Source of the DNA: Bacillota bacterium
GTDB taxonomy: Bacteria > Bacillota > Dehalobacteriia > UBA4068
Direction: 5' to 3'
Assembly (NCBI GenBank): GCA_050949225.1
Contig: JBMNFI010000001.1
Location: forward strand, 596,378-660,377
DNA length: 64,000 nucleotides
In this document: piece after piece, positions 1 through 12,965 of the stretch
How positions within the stretch are numbered: position 1 is the first letter of the stretch
Layout: the number at the start of each line of letters is the position of its first letter
The notes under the pieces: generated by a model
What the model saw: the letters and a program-made list of their open reading frames with translations, nothing else
Told to the model about the DNA's origin: nothing
Databases searched by the model: none
Translations under genes and position numbers: made by a program

Positions 1-150
1 CGCAGCCTCTATCTGTCGACTGGTAATCCAACCACACTCAGTCGCTTGCAGTCCATATTCACCATAAGAGACTTTGTTGCCGCGCAGGGCAACACCTTTC
101 ATACGACCGCGGTGTTGACGGCGATATTTCACTCTTTTAGGCATTAACAT
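1..150 (-). CDS. rplP: 50S ribosomal protein L16, N-terminal part (partial, runs off window start)
   Basis: Reverse-complement translation gives [50 protein letters not shown]. The ATG lies 1 nt after the rpsC stop. Order is canonical for the S10 operon. Confidence 0.8.
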   Translation of the reverse strand, partial: MLMPKRVKYRRQHRGRMKGVALRGNKVSYGEYGLQATECGWITSRQIEAA

Positions 151-151
151 C

Positions 152-826
152 TTACTCGCCCTCCTCCACAGCTTTAGTAGTTACAACAGACTCTTTCTCC
201 GGCAGCACCTCACCCTTATAAATCCACACTTTAACACCAATTTTGCCATATGCCGTATTAGCTTCGGCAAAAGCATAATCAATGTCAGCGCGCAAAGTAT
301 GAAGAGGCACCTTACCCTCGGCATACCATTCGGAACGGGCAATCTCCGCACCGCCTAAACGACCGGCACACATAATTTTGATGCCACCGGCACCCATTCT
401 CATAGTACGATTAACCGTTTGTTTCATGGCACGACGAAAAGCGATCCGCTTTTCCAAAGATGCCGCAACATTTTCAGCAACCAACTGGGCATCAAGCTCC
501 GGTCTTTTAATCTCAGTTATGTTGAGGTTGATACTTTTGCCGGTCATTTTTTCCAATTGTTTTTTTAATAGTTCCACTTCCTGTCCGCCACGACCGATTA
601 CAATACCGGGTTTGGCAGTAAGAATATTGATTTTAATTCTTTTAGCTGCTCTTTCAATTTCAATTTTTGAAATGCCTGCAGCATATAGTTTTTGTTTGAT
701 AAACTTACGGATTTGATAATCCTCATACAAAAAATCTTTAAAATCCTTTTTATTAGCATACCAACGAGTATCCCAATCCTTGATCACACCAATACGAAGT
801 CCCTTAGGATTAACTTTCTGACCCAC
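152..826 (-). CDS. rpsC: 30S ribosomal protein S3
   Basis: 224-aa ORF starting [24 protein letters not shown], with KH and S3 C-terminal domains. Sits in the S10 operon. Confidence 0.95.
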   Translation of the reverse strand: MGQKVNPKGLRIGVIKDWDTRWYANKKDFKDFLYEDYQIRKFIKQKLYAAGISKIEIERAAKRIKINILTAKPGIVIGRGGQEVELLKKQLEKMTGKSINLNITEIKRPELDAQLVAENVAASLEKRIAFRRAMKQTVNRTMRMGAGGIKIMCAGRLGGAEIARSEWYAEGKVPLHTLRADIDYAFAEANTAYGKIGVKVWIYKGEVLPEKESVVTTKAVEEGE

Positions 827-828
827 GC

Positions 829-1170
829 TTAAACCTCCTCTCTGTCACCCACAACCACAGTAATGTGGCAAGTGCGGTGCAACATTCTATCTGCACGACC
901 CATAGCACGAGGTTTATAACGTTTCATGCTCGGACCTTGATCAACAAATGCACTGGTAATATATAGGTCTTCCCTATTAAGACTTAAATTGTTTTCAGCA
1001 TTTGCGGTAGCGGAACGTAATACCTTATAAATAGGTTGTGCAGCCCTATTAGGTGTAAATTTTAATATTGCTTCCGCTTCACGTACGCCTTTACCCCTGA
1101 TGAGATTAATCACAAGCTGAGCCTTACTGGGGGAGACGCGGATATGCTTAGCTACTGCTTTAGCTTCCAA
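829..1170 (-). CDS. rplV: 50S ribosomal protein L22
   Basis: The ORF start on the track is a GTG inside the SD. The probable true start is a TTG after AGGAGGAAG, giving [27 protein letters not shown], a typical L22 N-terminus. Confidence 0.88.
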   Translation of the reverse strand: MEAKAVAKHIRVSPSKAQLVINLIRGKGVREAEAILKFTPNRAAQPIYKVLRSATANAENNLSLNREDLYITSAFVDQGPSMKRYKPRAMGRADRMLHRTCHITVVVGDREEV

Positions 1171-1197
1171 AATACTTCCTCCTCTCACTCATTACCG

Positions 1198-1482
1198 CTA
1201 CTTCAAAGCAGTCGATCTCTCGGTATGAGAACCATGACCACGGAAGATACGGGTGGTAGCAAATTCTCCAAATTTATGACCTACCATGTCCTCTGTCACA
1301 TAAACTGGTACATGTCTTCTGCCGTCATGAACGGCAATGGTATGCCCCACCATCTGCGGGAAAATTGTCGAACGACGAGACCATGTTTTAATAACTTTCT
1401 TATCACCAGATTCATTCATTTGTTCAATACGGGACAATAACTTTTCTTCACAATATGGTCCTTTTTTTAATGATCTGCTCAT
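1198..1482 (-). CDS. rpsS: 30S ribosomal protein S19
   Basis: Internal ATG preceded by AGGGAGGA gives the 94-aa [16 protein letters not shown]... with the conserved S19 GHKFGEF motif. Confidence 0.9.
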   Translation of the reverse strand: MSRSLKKGPYCEEKLLSRIEQMNESGDKKVIKTWSRRSTIFPQMVGHTIAVHDGRRHVPVYVTEDMVGHKFGEFATTRIFRGHGSHTERSTALK

Positions 1483-1530
1483 GCAGTAAATTCCTCCCTT
1501 CAACACATTATGGAGTAACAATTCTATTTT

Positions 1531-2355
1531 TTACTTACGTCTTTTGATAATCAAATCACTGGACGCTTTCTTTGACCTTCTGGTTTTGGCGCCAAGTGCC
1601 GGTTTACCCCAAGGTGTAACAGGATGACGTCCTACAGGACTGCGTCCTTCACCACCACCATGTGGGTGATCACAAGGATTCATTACCACACCACGGACAC
1701 TGGGACGAACCCCCAGCCACCGATAACGCCCGGCTTTACCTATTTTAATATTTTCCTGATCAATATTACCGACTTGACCGATAGTGGCACGACAGCGAAC
1801 TAAAACCATTCTCATTTCACCGGATGGCAAACGCAAAGTCGCATATTTGCCTTCTTTAGCCATCAACTGTACAGAAGATCCGGCAGAACGAGCTAACTGC
1901 CCCCCCCTACCGGGAGTCAATTCGACATTATGAATTGTTGAACCCACCGGAATAGAATAAAGCGGCATCGCATTACCAACCTTGATGTCAACTTTCTCGC
2001 CGGAAAGCAGCACATCGCCAACTCTAACACCATAAGGAGCCAAGATATAAGTTTTGACACCATCTGCATAATGCAAAAGAGCAATATTGGCAGTACGATT
2101 AGGATCATATTCAATGCTGGCAATTTTGGCCGGCACATCATCTTTGCTTCTCTTAAAATCAATAATCCGATACATTTGCTTATGGCCGCCGCCTCGATGT
2201 CTAGTGGTAATACGGCCTTGGTTATTACGACCACCACTTTTTTTCAGCGGCGCCAGCAGGGATTTCTCCGGCTTAGAGGTAGTGACCTCCTCAAAAGTAG
2301 AAACGGTCATGCCTCTGCGTCCGGGAGAAATCGGTTTGTATTTTTTAATACCCAT
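1531..2355 (-). CDS. rplB: 50S ribosomal protein L2
   Basis: 274 aa starting [23 protein letters not shown]; the signature [17 protein letters not shown] is present. Confidence 0.95.
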   Translation of the reverse strand: MGIKKYKPISPGRRGMTVSTFEEVTTSKPEKSLLAPLKKSGGRNNQGRITTRHRGGGHKQMYRIIDFKRSKDDVPAKIASIEYDPNRTANIALLHYADGVKTYILAPYGVRVGDVLLSGEKVDIKVGNAMPLYSIPVGSTIHNVELTPGRGGQLARSAGSSVQLMAKEGKYATLRLPSGEMRMVLVRCRATIGQVGNIDQENIKIGKAGRYRWLGVRPSVRGVVMNPCDHPHGGGEGRSPVGRHPVTPWGKPALGAKTRRSKKASSDLIIKRRK

Positions 2356-2381
2356 TTTAGGTTTCCTCCTTCATCACGCTT

Positions 2382-2669
2382 TTACATGCCCTCAAAAATC
2401 TGGATCGAGTCGCCCTCTTTAAGAGTAACAATAGCCCTTTTAGTATCCGGACAATAGCCTTGATAACGACCCATTCTTTTGAGCTTGCCTCTCTGATTTC
2501 TGGTTGTCACATTAATGACACTTACATCAAAAATTTTTTCAATAGCCCGTTTGATTTCGATCTTATTGGCATCTTTGGCCACAATAAAAGCATATTTGTT
2601 TTCTTCCATCAAAATCATGGACTTTTCCGAAACCATCGGTTTCACTAAAATATCATGAACATCACGCAT
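2382..2669 (-). CDS. rplW: 50S ribosomal protein L23
   Basis: 95 aa in the canonical position between rplD and rplB. Confidence 0.88.
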   Translation of the reverse strand: MRDVHDILVKPMVSEKSMILMEENKYAFIVAKDANKIEIKRAIEKIFDVSVINVTTRNQRGKLKRMGRYQGYCPDTKRAIVTLKEGDSIQIFEGM

Positions 2670-3289
2670 TAGCTAAGCACCTCCTCGAGAGTTGCCAAAG
2701 CACTTTTAGTCACCACAAACTTATCACGCAAAAGCACCAGATAAGTATTCAATGCATCAGGTGCCGCCGTAGAAACAGTAGGTAAGTTTCTAGCCGACAA
2801 AATTGCATTGAGGTTATCGGCTTCCAAAACCACTAAAGAGTTGCCAGCGGAAAATTTATTTAAGATTCCCGCCAATTCCCCGGTTTTAGGAGCCTCAAAG
2901 TTAAGATCGTCCAAAACAATTAAATCACCATTTTGCGCCTTAACTGACAAAGCGGATAAAAGAGCCGCCCTGCGCATTTTCTTAGGCATATCTATTTTGT
3001 GAGAACGTGGGGTAGGCCCAAAGGTCACACCGCCGCCACGCCAAATGGGATTTCTGCTGGAACCAACGCGTGCTCTGCCGGTTCCCTTCTGACGCCAAGG
3101 TTTTCTCCCACCCCCGGAAACCATGCCTCTGGTTTTGGTAGAGTGAGTGCCACGGCGCTGAGCTGCTAAATAAACAAGTACAGCTTGATGCATAATCGAT
3201 TTATTAATTTTAGCATTAAAAATTGCGTCTTTAAGTTCAATTTCACCAACAGAAGAACCATCTCTGTCGTATACAGCTACTTTAGTCAT
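2669..3289 (-). CDS. rplD: 50S ribosomal protein L4
   Basis: Internal start MTKVAVYDRDGSSVGEIEL preceded by AAAGGAGGG. 207 aa. Confidence 0.9.
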   Translation of the reverse strand: MTKVAVYDRDGSSVGEIELKDAIFNAKINKSIMHQAVLVYLAAQRRGTHSTKTRGMVSGGGRKPWRQKGTGRARVGSSRNPIWRGGGVTFGPTPRSHKIDMPKKMRRAALLSALSVKAQNGDLIVLDDLNFEAPKTGELAGILNKFSAGNSLVVLEADNLNAILSARNLPTVSTAAPDALNTYLVLLRDKFVVTKSALATLEEVLS

Positions 3290-3309
3290 ATTAGCCCTCC
3301 TTTCCCAAA

Positions 3310-3939
3310 TCATACAGACTTAACGGCACTGCGGATTAAGAGCATTCCCTTATTAGGTCCGGGAACAGCCCCTTTAATTAGCAATAAACCACGATCGACA
3401 TCCACTTTAACAACTTGCAGGTTTTGAATAGCTACCCTGTCACCACCCATGCGTCCGGGTGATTTTTTCCCTTTAAACACACGAGCGACTCCCTTTGCAG
3501 CGGTTGAACCGGGACGACGATGGTTTTTAGAACCGTGACTCATAGGACCGCGTCGATGACCCCATCTTTTGATAGTACCAGCAAATCCTTTACCTTTAGA
3601 TATCCCAACAACATCAACCTTTTCGCCCTCTGCAAAAATATCAACCTTCATTTCCTGTCCCAGCTCATAATCAGCAAGATTATCAACCTTAACTTCTCTG
3701 AGATAACGACAAGGATCAACGCCGGCTTTTTTAGCGTGACCGGCTTCCGGTTTATTAACGTTAACAGGTTTTTTAACATCAAAACCTATTTGTACGGCTT
3801 CATAACCTTCATTTTCAGTGGTTTTAATTTGAGTTACCACACAAGGTCCGGCAGCAATGACTGTAACAGGAATTATCTTACCTTCAGGATTAAAGACCTG
3901 TGTCATGCCAACCTTTTTGCCGAGCAATGCTTTCGGCAT
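3310..3939 (-). CDS. rplC: 50S ribosomal protein L3
   Basis: Internal start [16 protein letters not shown] preceded by GGAGGTG and a 7-nt spacer. 210 aa. The long N-terminal extension on the ORF track is rejected. Confidence 0.9.
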   Translation of the reverse strand: MPKALLGKKVGMTQVFNPEGKIIPVTVIAAGPCVVTQIKTTENEGYEAVQIGFDVKKPVNVNKPEAGHAKKAGVDPCRYLREVKVDNLADYELGQEMKVDIFAEGEKVDVVGISKGKGFAGTIKRWGHRRGPMSHGSKNHRRPGSTAAKGVARVFKGKKSPGRMGGDRVAIQNLQVVKVDVDRGLLLIKGAVPGPNKGMLLIRSAVKSV

Positions 3940-4090
3940 ATTTGTGCACCTCCATTTCATTTTCGCTCCCCTAAAAAACCTATTTACTAGCTTATGGGAG
4001 CTTAGGGGACAAAGCACACGTTTCCGGGTGTGCCTTACTTTAAAAAAATCCAAACTGTAACTTTTTTTTAAAAATATGAAAAACAAACAT

Positions 4091-4399
4091 CTATAATTTT
4101 ATCTCAATATCCACTCCGGCCGGTAAATCCATGCGGATCAGGGAATCCATCGTTTTAGGGGTGGGATCGATGATATCAATAAGGCGTTTGTGAGTTCTCA
4201 TCTCAAATTGTTCCCTGGAATCTTTGTTCACATGCGGTGAACGTAAAATTGTGTAAATATTCTTTTCGGTAGGTAGCGGGATCGGTCCCGAAACAGCCGC
4301 TCCGGATCTGGTAGCTGTCTCCACTATTTTAGCGGCTGATTGATCTAACAGCTTATGATCATATGCTTTAAGTCTGATACGAATTTTTTGTTTACCCAT
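4091..4399 (-). CDS. rpsJ: 30S ribosomal protein S10
   Basis: 102 aa starting [29 protein letters not shown]. First gene of the S10 operon. Confidence 0.95.
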   Translation of the reverse strand: MGKQKIRIRLKAYDHKLLDQSAAKIVETATRSGAAVSGPIPLPTEKNIYTILRSPHVNKDSREQFEMRTHKRLIDIIDPTPKTMDSLIRMDLPAGVDIEIKL

Positions 4400-4518
4400 C
4401 TTTTATTAACCTCCTTTTCGTCCGTAATTGTTTACGAACATTCTCCATGGAAAAACCTGCCTCTCTGCCAAAGATCAGCAGCAACCTCCCACTTCATCGC
4501 AGTCCATTTTTATAACTT

Positions 4519-4554
4519 CAGTATGTATGGGCAATTCTTTGCCCATACATACTG
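4519..4554 (-). terminator. Strong perfect 16-bp hairpin between tuf and rpsJ (cagtatgtatgggcaa / ttgcccatacatactg); no U-tract, so a processing/attenuation element or a weak terminator
   Basis: Inverted repeat seen directly in the sequence. The flanks are not U-rich. Confidence 0.4.
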
Positions 4555-4571
4555 ATAAAACCCTCTTTTAA

Positions 4572-5774
4572 CTACTCACTCACAGAAGAAACAACCCCGG
4601 CTCCCACTGTTCTGCCACCCTCACGAATAGCAAAATGCAAACCAGCTTCAATAGCAATCGGGATAATCAATTCTATTGTCATCTTAATGTTATCACCGGG
4701 CATTACCATCTCTACTCCCTCAGGAAGATGTGCTACGCCTGTTACATCTGTAGTTCTAAAGTAAAACTGTGGCCTGTAACCATTGAAAAACGGCGTATGA
4801 CGACCGCCCTCTTCCTTGGTCAAAATGTATACTTCCCCTTCAAATTTCGTGTGTGGCTTGATGCTGCCGGGTTTAGCTAAAACCTGACCTCTTTCCACAT
4901 CCTTACGCTCAACACCGCGCAATAAACAACCTACATTGTCGCCGGCTTCTGCAAAATCTAACAGCTTGCGGAACATTTCCACCCCGGTTACAACCGTAGA
5001 ACTCGTCTCTTCCTGTAAACCAACAATATCTACTGTATCTCCAACGCTGATAGTTCCTCTTTCCACACGACCGGTAACAACTGTACCACGACCCGTAATG
5101 GTAAAAACGTCTTCTATCGGCATCAAGAAAGGTTTATCCTTATCTCTTTCAGGTGAAGGAATGTATTCATCAACTTTATCCATCAGCTGCCATATCGGAC
5201 TGCAATCCTCACAATCACGAGACCCGCAACCGCATTGCAAAGCTTTTAAAGCTGAGCCGGCAATAATTGGGGTGTCATCTCCGGGAAATTCATACTCGGA
5301 AAGCAGCTCTCTGATTTCCATCTCTACCAATTCCAGTAATTCTTCATCATCTACCTGGTCTGCTTTATTCATGAATACCACAATATAAGGTACTCCTACT
5401 TGACGTGCTAAAAGGATATGCTCTCTGGTTTGAGGCATTGGACCGTCGGCTGCACTAACAACCAAGATAGCTCCATCCATCTGAGCTGCACCGGTAATCA
5501 TGTTTTTTACATAGTCGGCGTGACCGGGACAGTCTACATGGGCATAATGCCTTTTTTCTGTCTCATATTCCACGTGTGATGTATTAATCGTAATACCACG
5601 TTCTCTTTCTTCCGGAGCTGCGTCAATCTGATCATAGGCCTTAACCTCTGCTCCTCCTGCTTTTGACAAGCACAAAGTAATTGCTGCCGTCAAGGTTGTC
5701 TTACCGTGATCCACGTGACCAATTGTACCAATGTTTACGTGCGGCTTTGTTCTCTCAAATTTCTGTTTTGCCAT
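4572..5774 (-). CDS. tuf: Elongation factor Tu (copy 1, str-operon copy)
   Basis: 400 aa starting [28 protein letters not shown], with the GHVDHGKT and DCPGH GTPase motifs. Follows fusA. Confidence 0.97.
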   Translation of the reverse strand: MAKQKFERTKPHVNIGTIGHVDHGKTTLTAAITLCLSKAGGAEVKAYDQIDAAPEERERGITINTSHVEYETEKRHYAHVDCPGHADYVKNMITGAAQMDGAILVVSAADGPMPQTREHILLARQVGVPYIVVFMNKADQVDDEELLELVEMEIRELLSEYEFPGDDTPIIAGSALKALQCGCGSRDCEDCSPIWQLMDKVDEYIPSPERDKDKPFLMPIEDVFTITGRGTVVTGRVERGTISVGDTVDIVGLQEETSSTVVTGVEMFRKLLDFAEAGDNVGCLLRGVERKDVERGQVLAKPGSIKPHTKFEGEVYILTKEEGGRHTPFFNGYRPQFYFRTTDVTGVAHLPEGVEMVMPGDNIKMTIELIIPIAIEAGLHFAIREGGRTVGAGVVSSVSE

Positions 5775-5842
5775 TAGATTCTACCTCCCATTATTTCTCG
5801 CTTAAAATTAATTTTTATAATTAATATTGCAATATTTTTGCT

Positions 5843-7912
5843 TTAATTTTTTTTGCTTGCAATATCCTCCGCAATGCTTTTTGGCACCTCTGCATAATGA
5901 TCAAACTGCATGACATAAGTGCCGCGTCCCTGAGTTCGGGAACGCAAATCGGTCGCATAACCGAACATTTCCAAAAGGGGCACGTAACCTCTGATGATTT
6001 GTAAATTATTCCTCGGCTCCATACCCTCTATTTTACCGCGGCGGGAATTCAAATCGCCAATCACATCACCCATATAATCGTCCGGCACCGAAACCTCTAA
6101 TTTAAATATCGGCTCTAAAATAACCGGACTGGCCTTACTCATTCCTTCTTTAAAAGCTAAAGATCCGGCCACCTTAAAGGCAATTTCCGAAGAGTCTACC
6201 TCATGAAAAGAACCATCAACTAAAGTGGCCTTGATGTCAACCACCGGATAACCGGCCATTACACCATTTTCCATAGCCTCCTTGATGCCATTTTCCACAG
6301 GAGTAATAAATTCTTTCGGAATGACACCACCTACAATTTTGTTTTCAAAAATAAAGCCTGTACCCGGCTCAGCCGGCTCAAATTCAACCACGCAGTGAGC
6401 ATATTGACCATGCCCACCGGATTGACGAACGAATTTCCCCACACCCTTACTGGGCTTACGAATAGTTTCTTTATAAGCTACCTGGGGCTTACCTACATTA
6501 GCATCAACCCTGAATTCACGCAATAAACGATCAACAATAATGTCTAAATGTAATTCACCCATACCGGCGATCAATACCTGCCCGGTTTCTGCATTAGTCC
6601 TAACCTTAAAGGTGGGATCCTCTTCAGCCAGTTTTTGCAAGGCTACACCCATTTTTTCCTGATCAGCAGTGGTCTTGGGCTCAATAGCCACGTCAATCAC
6701 AGGGTCCGGAAAATTCATTGATTCTAAAATAACCGGTTTATTTTCGTCGCATAAAGTATCACCAGTAGTAGTGTCTTTAAGTCCCACCGCAGCTAAGATA
6801 TCCCCGGCGTAAGCCTCCTGGATTTCCTCACGATGGTTAGCATGCATTTGCAAAATCCTACCGATTCTTTCCCTCTTACCTTTAGTGCTGTTGTAAACAT
6901 AAGAACCGCTTTTCAAAACACCGGAATAAACTCTAAAAAAGGTCAGTTTACCAACGTACGGATCAGTCACAACCTTAAAAGATAAAGCAGAAAAAGGTTC
7001 ATCATCAGAAGATTCCCTGGTGACAGCCCCCCCATCCCCATCAGTACCTTCAATAGCTGGCACATCAATGGGTGAAGGTAAATAATCAATAATAGCGTCC
7101 ATCAACTGCTGTACACCTTTGTTTTTAAATGAAGAACCACATAAAACGGGAGTAATCTTATTGGCCAAAGTAGCCGTTCTCACTCCATTAATAATTTCAT
7201 CAATAGTAAATTCTTCGCCCTCTAAATACTTCATTTCCAAATCTTCATCACTTTCGGCAATAGCTTCAATCAGCTTTTCCCTATATAACTTAACGTCCTC
7301 CAGCAAGTCAGCAGGGATCTCTCTGGTTTCAATTTCCTTGCCTTCATTATCCAGATAAACTTGGGCCTCTTGTCTAATAACATCAACAATACCCACAAAA
7401 TTTTCTTCGCTGCCGATAGGTATTTGCAAAGGCACCGGATTAGCACCCAAGCGTTCTTTAATCATGTCAACCCCACGGAAAAAATCAGCACCCGTTCTAT
7501 CCATCTTATTAATATAGGCAATTCTCGGCACACCATAACAATCCGCCTGCCGCCAAACAGTTTCCGATTGCGGTTCAACACCACCTACAGAACAAAAAAC
7601 AGCTACCGCACCATCCAGGACACGCAAAGAACGCTCAACTTCTACAGTGAAGTCAACGTGGCCGGGTGTATCAATGATGTTGATTCGATGGTCATGCCAA
7701 AAACAAGTAGTAGCAGCCGAAGCAATAGTAATCCCCCGCTCCTGCTCTTGCACCATAAAATCCATGGTGGCAGCACCATCATGAGTCTCACCTAAACGAT
7801 GAACACGACCTGTATAGAAAAGGATTCTCTCAGTCGTGGTTGTTTTTCCGGCATCAATATGAGCCATGATGCCGATATTTCTAATCTTTTCCAAGGGTAA
7901 TTGCCTGGGCAT
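5843..7912 (-). CDS. fusA: Elongation factor G
   Basis: 689 aa starting [35 protein letters not shown]. Confidence 0.97.
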   Translation of the reverse strand: MPRQLPLEKIRNIGIMAHIDAGKTTTTERILFYTGRVHRLGETHDGAATMDFMVQEQERGITIASAATTCFWHDHRINIIDTPGHVDFTVEVERSLRVLDGAVAVFCSVGGVEPQSETVWRQADCYGVPRIAYINKMDRTGADFFRGVDMIKERLGANPVPLQIPIGSEENFVGIVDVIRQEAQVYLDNEGKEIETREIPADLLEDVKLYREKLIEAIAESDEDLEMKYLEGEEFTIDEIINGVRTATLANKITPVLCGSSFKNKGVQQLMDAIIDYLPSPIDVPAIEGTDGDGGAVTRESSDDEPFSALSFKVVTDPYVGKLTFFRVYSGVLKSGSYVYNSTKGKRERIGRILQMHANHREEIQEAYAGDILAAVGLKDTTTGDTLCDENKPVILESMNFPDPVIDVAIEPKTTADQEKMGVALQKLAEEDPTFKVRTNAETGQVLIAGMGELHLDIIVDRLLREFRVDANVGKPQVAYKETIRKPSKGVGKFVRQSGGHGQYAHCVVEFEPAEPGTGFIFENKIVGGVIPKEFITPVENGIKEAMENGVMAGYPVVDIKATLVDGSFHEVDSSEIAFKVAGSLAFKEGMSKASPVILEPIFKLEVSVPDDYMGDVIGDLNSRRGKIEGMEPRNNLQIIRGYVPLLEMFGYATDLRSRTQGRGTYVMQFDHYAEVPKSIAEDIASKKN

Positions 7913-7947
7913 AAAAAACCTCCGCTTATTTTACTTTTTTATAGATT

Positions 7948-8418
<471 letters not shown>

Positions 8419-8465
8419 TTATTTCCCCCCTTTTCAGGAATTATATACATATTCTTCAAAATTAA

Positions 8466-8858
8466 TTAACTTTTAGCCTTAGCTTTTGGTCTTTTTGCGC
8501 CATATTTACTTCTGGCTTGACCTCTTTCATCCACACCGGCAGTATCTAAGGCACCACGAACTATATGATAACGAACCCCCGGCAAATCCTTAACCCTTCC
8601 TCCGCGAACCAAAGTCACAGAGTGCTCTTGCAGGTTATGTCCAATACCGGGTATATATGCAGAAACCTCAACACCATGGGTTAAACGAACACGAGCTACC
8701 TTACGTAAGGCCGAGTTAGGTTTTTTAGGAGTTGTGGTATAAACCCTGGTACAAACTCCTCTTTTTTGTGGACATTCTTTCAAGGCCGGAGCATCAGATT
8801 TTTTCAAGGAAACATCTCTGCCCTTTCTGACTAATTGATTAATTGTAGGCAAAACCAT
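8466..8858 (-). CDS. rpsL: 30S ribosomal protein S12
   Basis: Internal start after GGAGGTG giving (M)[13 protein letters not shown]...; the conserved [10 protein letters not shown] motif is present. The exact start codon (ATG or TTG) is uncertain by 2 codons. Confidence 0.9.
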   Translation of the reverse strand: MVLPTINQLVRKGRDVSLKKSDAPALKECPQKRGVCTRVYTTTPKKPNSALRKVARVRLTHGVEVSAYIPGIGHNLQEHSVTLVRGGRVKDLPGVRYHIVRGALDTAGVDERGQARSKYGAKRPKAKAKS

Positions 8859-8893
8859 CCACCTCCTTTTCACAAAGTATCATAAAATAAAAT

Positions 8894-9142
8894 TTATTCT
8901 TTCAGGCAAGCTGCTGTGGCAGTCATTACCTCAACACCGCACATCTTGCCAAGTTCAGCCATCGAGTCAATCTCTTCTATAGGAATGTTTTTTTCCATGC
9001 AGGAATTAATCACCGGCATGATCACATGTTTTTCGGCATCTAAAGCCACAAAAACCTTGTCTACTTCGCCTTTTTCAAGGGCCTTCAAGGTTTCTCTGGT
9101 GCCGACCCTTTTGTTTTTATCAGTTAAATCCGGGGCAGACAA
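8894..9142 (-). CDS. Ribosome-associated L7Ae-like protein (YbxF-type)
   Basis: Sits between rpoC and rpsL as ybxF does in Bacillus. The ~83-aa product starting from TTG/GTG after AGGAGGG aligns with the L7Ae fold (GT.ETLKALEKGEV...VALDAE). The longer N-terminus on the ORF track was rejected. Confidence 0.7.
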   Translation of the reverse strand: MSAPDLTDKNKRVGTRETLKALEKGEVDKVFVALDAEKHVIMPVINSCMEKNIPIEEIDSMAELGKMCGVEVMTATAACLKE

Positions 9143-9199
9143 CACAAACCCTCCTAAAATAGCAGTCCAGAATATTTTACCACTATTCAAAACTCATGT

Positions 9200-9243
9200 C
9201 AAGCATGCACCTCTTTTTTTATAAAAAAAGAGGTGCATGCCAA
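9200..9243 (-). terminator. Perfect 18-bp-arm palindrome (gcatgcacctcttttttt / aaaaaaagaggtgcatgc) between rpoC and the L7Ae-rpsL-rpsG unit; candidate attenuator or processing hairpin
   Basis: Inverted repeat seen directly. The U/A tracts lie inside the stem, so it is symmetric and would form on either strand. Confidence 0.45.
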
Positions 9244-9263
9244 CAAATCCGTACCTAACGCCG

Positions 9264-12200
9264 CTAATCGTCCAAATCTATTAAATCGGCCAAAACTTCT
9301 TGACGAGCCATGACCACACTATCATCATCAAAATCATGCAAATTTTCATGATCAAAAAAATCTAAATTATTCTCTGCTTGATCATCTTTATCCTTGTTGA
9401 TCAGCTCAATATTATTATAACAAGAAAGCCCCGTCCCAGCAGGGATCAGCTTACCAATAATAACATTTTCCTTAAGCCCCAGCAAAGGATCGACTTTCCC
9501 TTTGATTGCAGCATCCGTTAAAACACGGGTAGTTTCCTGGAAGGAAGCTGCCGACAGGAAAGAATTTGTGGCCAAAGAAGCCTTGGTGATTCCCAAAAGC
9601 ACCGGTTTACCGGTAGCCGGTTCTCCCCCGGCGGTAATAATCTCTTCGTTGACCTGCTCATATTCAAAAATATCTACCAATGATCCCGGCAATAGTTTAG
9701 TATCTCCGGAAGCAGCTATTTTCACCTTTTTCAGCATCTGTCGAACCATAACTTCAATATGCTTATCATTAATATCCACACCCTGCAGGCGGTAAACTCT
9801 CTGCACCTCACGCAAGAGGTACATCTGCACGCCCCGCGAACCTTTAACATTCAAAAGATCATGCGGATTAATCGAGCCTTCAGTCAGCTCATCTCCGGCC
9901 TCCACATACTGACCCTCTCGCACCTTCAAGGTAGAACCATAAGGAACATGATATTCGCCGAGGATTTGCGCCTCGTCTTCACCCTCACCTTTAATGAGGA
10001 TTTCCCGACGCCCCTTGCTTTCACCAATAACAATAATGCCACCGGCTTCAGCAATCAATCCCAAACCCTTGGGCTTACGTGCCTCAAATAATTCCTCAAC
10101 ACGCGGTAACCCTTGGGTGATATCGTCACCTGCCACACCACCAGTATGGAAAGTACGCATGGTTAACTGTGTTCCCGGCTCACCAATTGACTGAGCCGCC
10201 ATAATACCCACAGATTCACCAATATCAACCATGTCGCCGGTAGCCAGGTTACGGCCGTAACATTTGCGGCAAACACCATGTAAAGTACGACAGGTTAAGA
10301 CGGAACGAATATTAACCCGGCGTTCAGCCTCCGGCCTGGTAGCTAAATAGTTCTCAATTTCTGTCGCTCTATCCACATCCAAAAAATCCCCTGCTGCGGC
10401 AATCATTGTGCCTGTTTCGGCATTAACAACTTCGACATTCAAAATGCGCCCCTCAATGCGTTCAGCCAAACTCTCTACATCCTTAATGGCCTCCACCCAG
10501 ACACCTTGGGTATCACCACAATCATCTTGTCTGACAATCACATCTTGTGCCACATCAACCAGACGCCGCGTCAAATAACCGGAGTCGGCCGTCCTTAAAG
10601 CAGTATCAGCCAGTCCTTTACGCGCACCATGCGTAGAAATAAAGAACTCCAAAACTGTCAATCCTTCACGGAAATTGGCCTTAATAGGCAAGTCGATAAT
10701 ACGTCCGGAAGGATCAGCCATCAAGCCCCTGGTGCCGGCTAATTGACGAATTTGTTGCACGTTACCACGCGCCCCTGAATTTGCCATCATGAAAATTGGA
10801 TTAAATTTATCCAAGTGATCCATCAAAGCTTGGGTAACCTTTTCGGTAGCTTTGCTCCAGACTTCGATAGTGCTTTGATAACGGTCATTTTCACTAATTA
10901 AACCATTTTGGAACTGATCCTCAATCAAAAGAATCTCTTGTTCTGCATTGTCCATAATAGTTTTTTTGCTTTCAGGCACCTGAATATCCTCGACACCAAT
11001 AGTAATGCCCGCTTGCGTAGAATACTTAAAGCCCAGTGTCTTTATGCCATCCAATAAAGAAGCTGTGTCGGAAACCCCTTGCCGACGAAAACAACGATCA
11101 ACAATCTGTCCCAAAACATTCTTAGTCACACAATCATTAAAATAACCCATTTCACGAGACATGGGACTTTCATAGTTAAAGATCAAACGCCCCACCGTAG
11201 TGGCAAATCTCTTAAATCGATCGGTCTCATGCTTCTCAAAAGGAAGCTCTTCTGTGGGACTTTGCCAATAGGTGTCCCATTCCGGGGGCTTAGGAATATA
11301 AATCTGAGCGTGCAGGGAAATGTCCCCATTGACATAGGCACGATACGCCTCATCATAGGAGGAGAAAATCTTACCCTCACCGAGATCTTTCTCGCGATCA
11401 ATGGTCAAATAATAAGCACCTAAAACCATGTCTTGTGTCGGCGTAGAAACCGGACGACCATCTTTCGGATTTAAAATATTGTGCGAAGAAAGCATCAAAA
11501 GCCTAGCCTCAGCCTGCGCTTCAGCGGAAAGGGGCACGTGAACGGCCATTTGGTCACCATCAAAGTCAGCATTGTACGCCGTACAAACTAAAGGGTGAAT
11601 CTGTAAAGCACGCCCCTCCACCAAAATTGGCTCAAAAGCCTGAATCCCTAAACGGTGTAAAGTAGGGGCACGGTTTAACAGCACCGGATGATCACGAATT
11701 ACATCCTCCAAAACATCCCAAACCTCCGGACGTACCCGTTCAACCATTCTTTTGGCATTTTTAATGTTATGAGCATGCCCATCATTAACTAGTTTTTTCA
11801 TCACAAAGGGCTTAAACAATTCCAAGGCCATCTCTTTTGGCAAACCACACTGGTGAAGCTTAAGCTCTGGACCTACCACAATTACAGAACGACCGGAATA
11901 ATCCACCCTTTTACCCAAAAGATTTTGCCGGAAACGCCCCTGTTTACCTTTAAGCATATCAGAAAGTGATTTTAAGGGACGATTACCGGGCCCTGTAACA
12001 GGACGTCCACGGCGGCCATTATCGATTAAAGCATCTACCGCCTCTTGCAGCATTCTTTTTTCATTTCTTACAATAATATCCGGCGCCCCTAAATCCAAAA
12101 GTCGTTTCAATCGATTATTACGATTAATGACACGGCGATATAAATCGTTCAAGTCGGAAGTAGCAAAACGACCGCCATCTAACTGCACCATCGGACGCAA

Positions 12201-12911
12201 CTCCGGCGGAATTACCGGCAACACAGTCAAAATCATCCATTCCGGTTGGTTACCGGAAGACAAAAAGGCTTCCACAACTTCTAAACGCCGAATTGCCCGA
12301 ATCTTTCTCTGCCCACTTACTTCCTGAAGCTCTTGGCGCAATTCAGAGGCCAATTCATCCAAGTCAATTTTAGCCAGCATGGCTTTAATCGCCTCAGCTC
12401 CCATGCCGGCAACAAACCCCTGTCTATATTTTTCTCTGGCCTCACGATATTCCGTTTCCGTCAAAATTTGCATCGCGGATAAGTCGGTCTCGCCGGGATC
12501 AATGACAATATAAGAAACAAAATACAACACTTTCTCTAAGTTGCGCGGAGAAAGATCCAATAATAAACCGATCCGGCTGGGAATCCCTTTAAAATACCAT
12601 ATATGTGAAACCGGCGTGGCCAGCTGGATATGACCTAAACGTTCACGCCGCACCTTGGCTCTAGTGACCTCAACCCCGCAACGATCACAGATAATACCTT
12701 TATAACGAACACGCTTATATTTACCGCAATGGCATTCCCAGTCTTTTGTGGGTCCAAAAATCTTCTCGCAAAACAGCCCGTCACGCTCCGGCTTTAAGGT
12801 GCGATAGTTAATGGTTTCCGGTTTTTTTACTTCACCATGTGACCATTCTAAAATCTGATCCGGTGATGCAAGCGCTATTCTCATTCTATCAAAATTACTG
12901 ACATCCAACAA
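9264..12911 (-). CDS. rpoC: DNA-directed RNA polymerase subunit beta'
   Basis: 1215 aa, containing the NADFDGD catalytic motif ([13 protein letters not shown]) and a Zn-finger [23 protein letters not shown]. Confidence 0.97.
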   Translation of the reverse strand: MLDVSNFDRMRIALASPDQILEWSHGEVKKPETINYRTLKPERDGLFCEKIFGPTKDWECHCGKYKRVRYKGIICDRCGVEVTRAKVRRERLGHIQLATPVSHIWYFKGIPSRIGLLLDLSPRNLEKVLYFVSYIVIDPGETDLSAMQILTETEYREAREKYRQGFVAGMGAEAIKAMLAKIDLDELASELRQELQEVSGQRKIRAIRRLEVVEAFLSSGNQPEWMILTVLPVIPPELRPMVQLDGGRFATSDLNDLYRRVINRNNRLKRLLDLGAPDIIVRNEKRMLQEAVDALIDNGRRGRPVTGPGNRPLKSLSDMLKGKQGRFRQNLLGKRVDYSGRSVIVVGPELKLHQCGLPKEMALELFKPFVMKKLVNDGHAHNIKNAKRMVERVRPEVWDVLEDVIRDHPVLLNRAPTLHRLGIQAFEPILVEGRALQIHPLVCTAYNADFDGDQMAVHVPLSAEAQAEARLLMLSSHNILNPKDGRPVSTPTQDMVLGAYYLTIDREKDLGEGKIFSSYDEAYRAYVNGDISLHAQIYIPKPPEWDTYWQSPTEELPFEKHETDRFKRFATTVGRLIFNYESPMSREMGYFNDCVTKNVLGQIVDRCFRRQGVSDTASLLDGIKTLGFKYSTQAGITIGVEDIQVPESKKTIMDNAEQEILLIEDQFQNGLISENDRYQSTIEVWSKATEKVTQALMDHLDKFNPIFMMANSGARGNVQQIRQLAGTRGLMADPSGRIIDLPIKANFREGLTVLEFFISTHGARKGLADTALRTADSGYLTRRLVDVAQDVIVRQDDCGDTQGVWVEAIKDVESLAERIEGRILNVEVVNAETGTMIAAAGDFLDVDRATEIENYLATRPEAERRVNIRSVLTCRTLHGVCRKCYGRNLATGDMVDIGESVGIMAAQSIGEPGTQLTMRTFHTGGVAGDDITQGLPRVEELFEARKPKGLGLIAEAGGIIVIGESKGRREILIKGEGEDEAQILGEYHVPYGSTLKVREGQYVEAGDELTEGSINPHDLLNVKGSRGVQMYLLREVQRVYRLQGVDINDKHIEVMVRQMLKKVKIAASGDTKLLPGSLVDIFEYEQVNEEIITAGGEPATGKPVLLGITKASLATNSFLSAASFQETTRVLTDAAIKGKVDPLLGLKENVIIGKLIPAGTGLSCYNNIELINKDKDDQAENNLDFFDHENLHDFDDDSVVMARQEVLADLIDLDD

Positions 12912-12965
12912 AGAGCCTCTCTCCCTTCCTTTAGCAAAAACTCAACTACGGGTGCTCATCTACTT

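Noticed and set aside
3520-4086. Long N-terminal extensions of rplC, rplA, rplJ, rplD, rpsS and rplV on the ORF track (plus the 156-aa plus-strand ORF inside rplC)
   Set aside because: Internal start codons preceded by strong SD sequences give products of canonical ribosomal-protein length. The extensions lack SDs and conservation.
4936-5388. 150-aa plus-strand ORF (and its twin at 20688-21140) rich in Ser/Thr
   Set aside because: Lies antisense inside the highly conserved tuf CDS. Low-complexity translation of the opposite strand, with no RBS.
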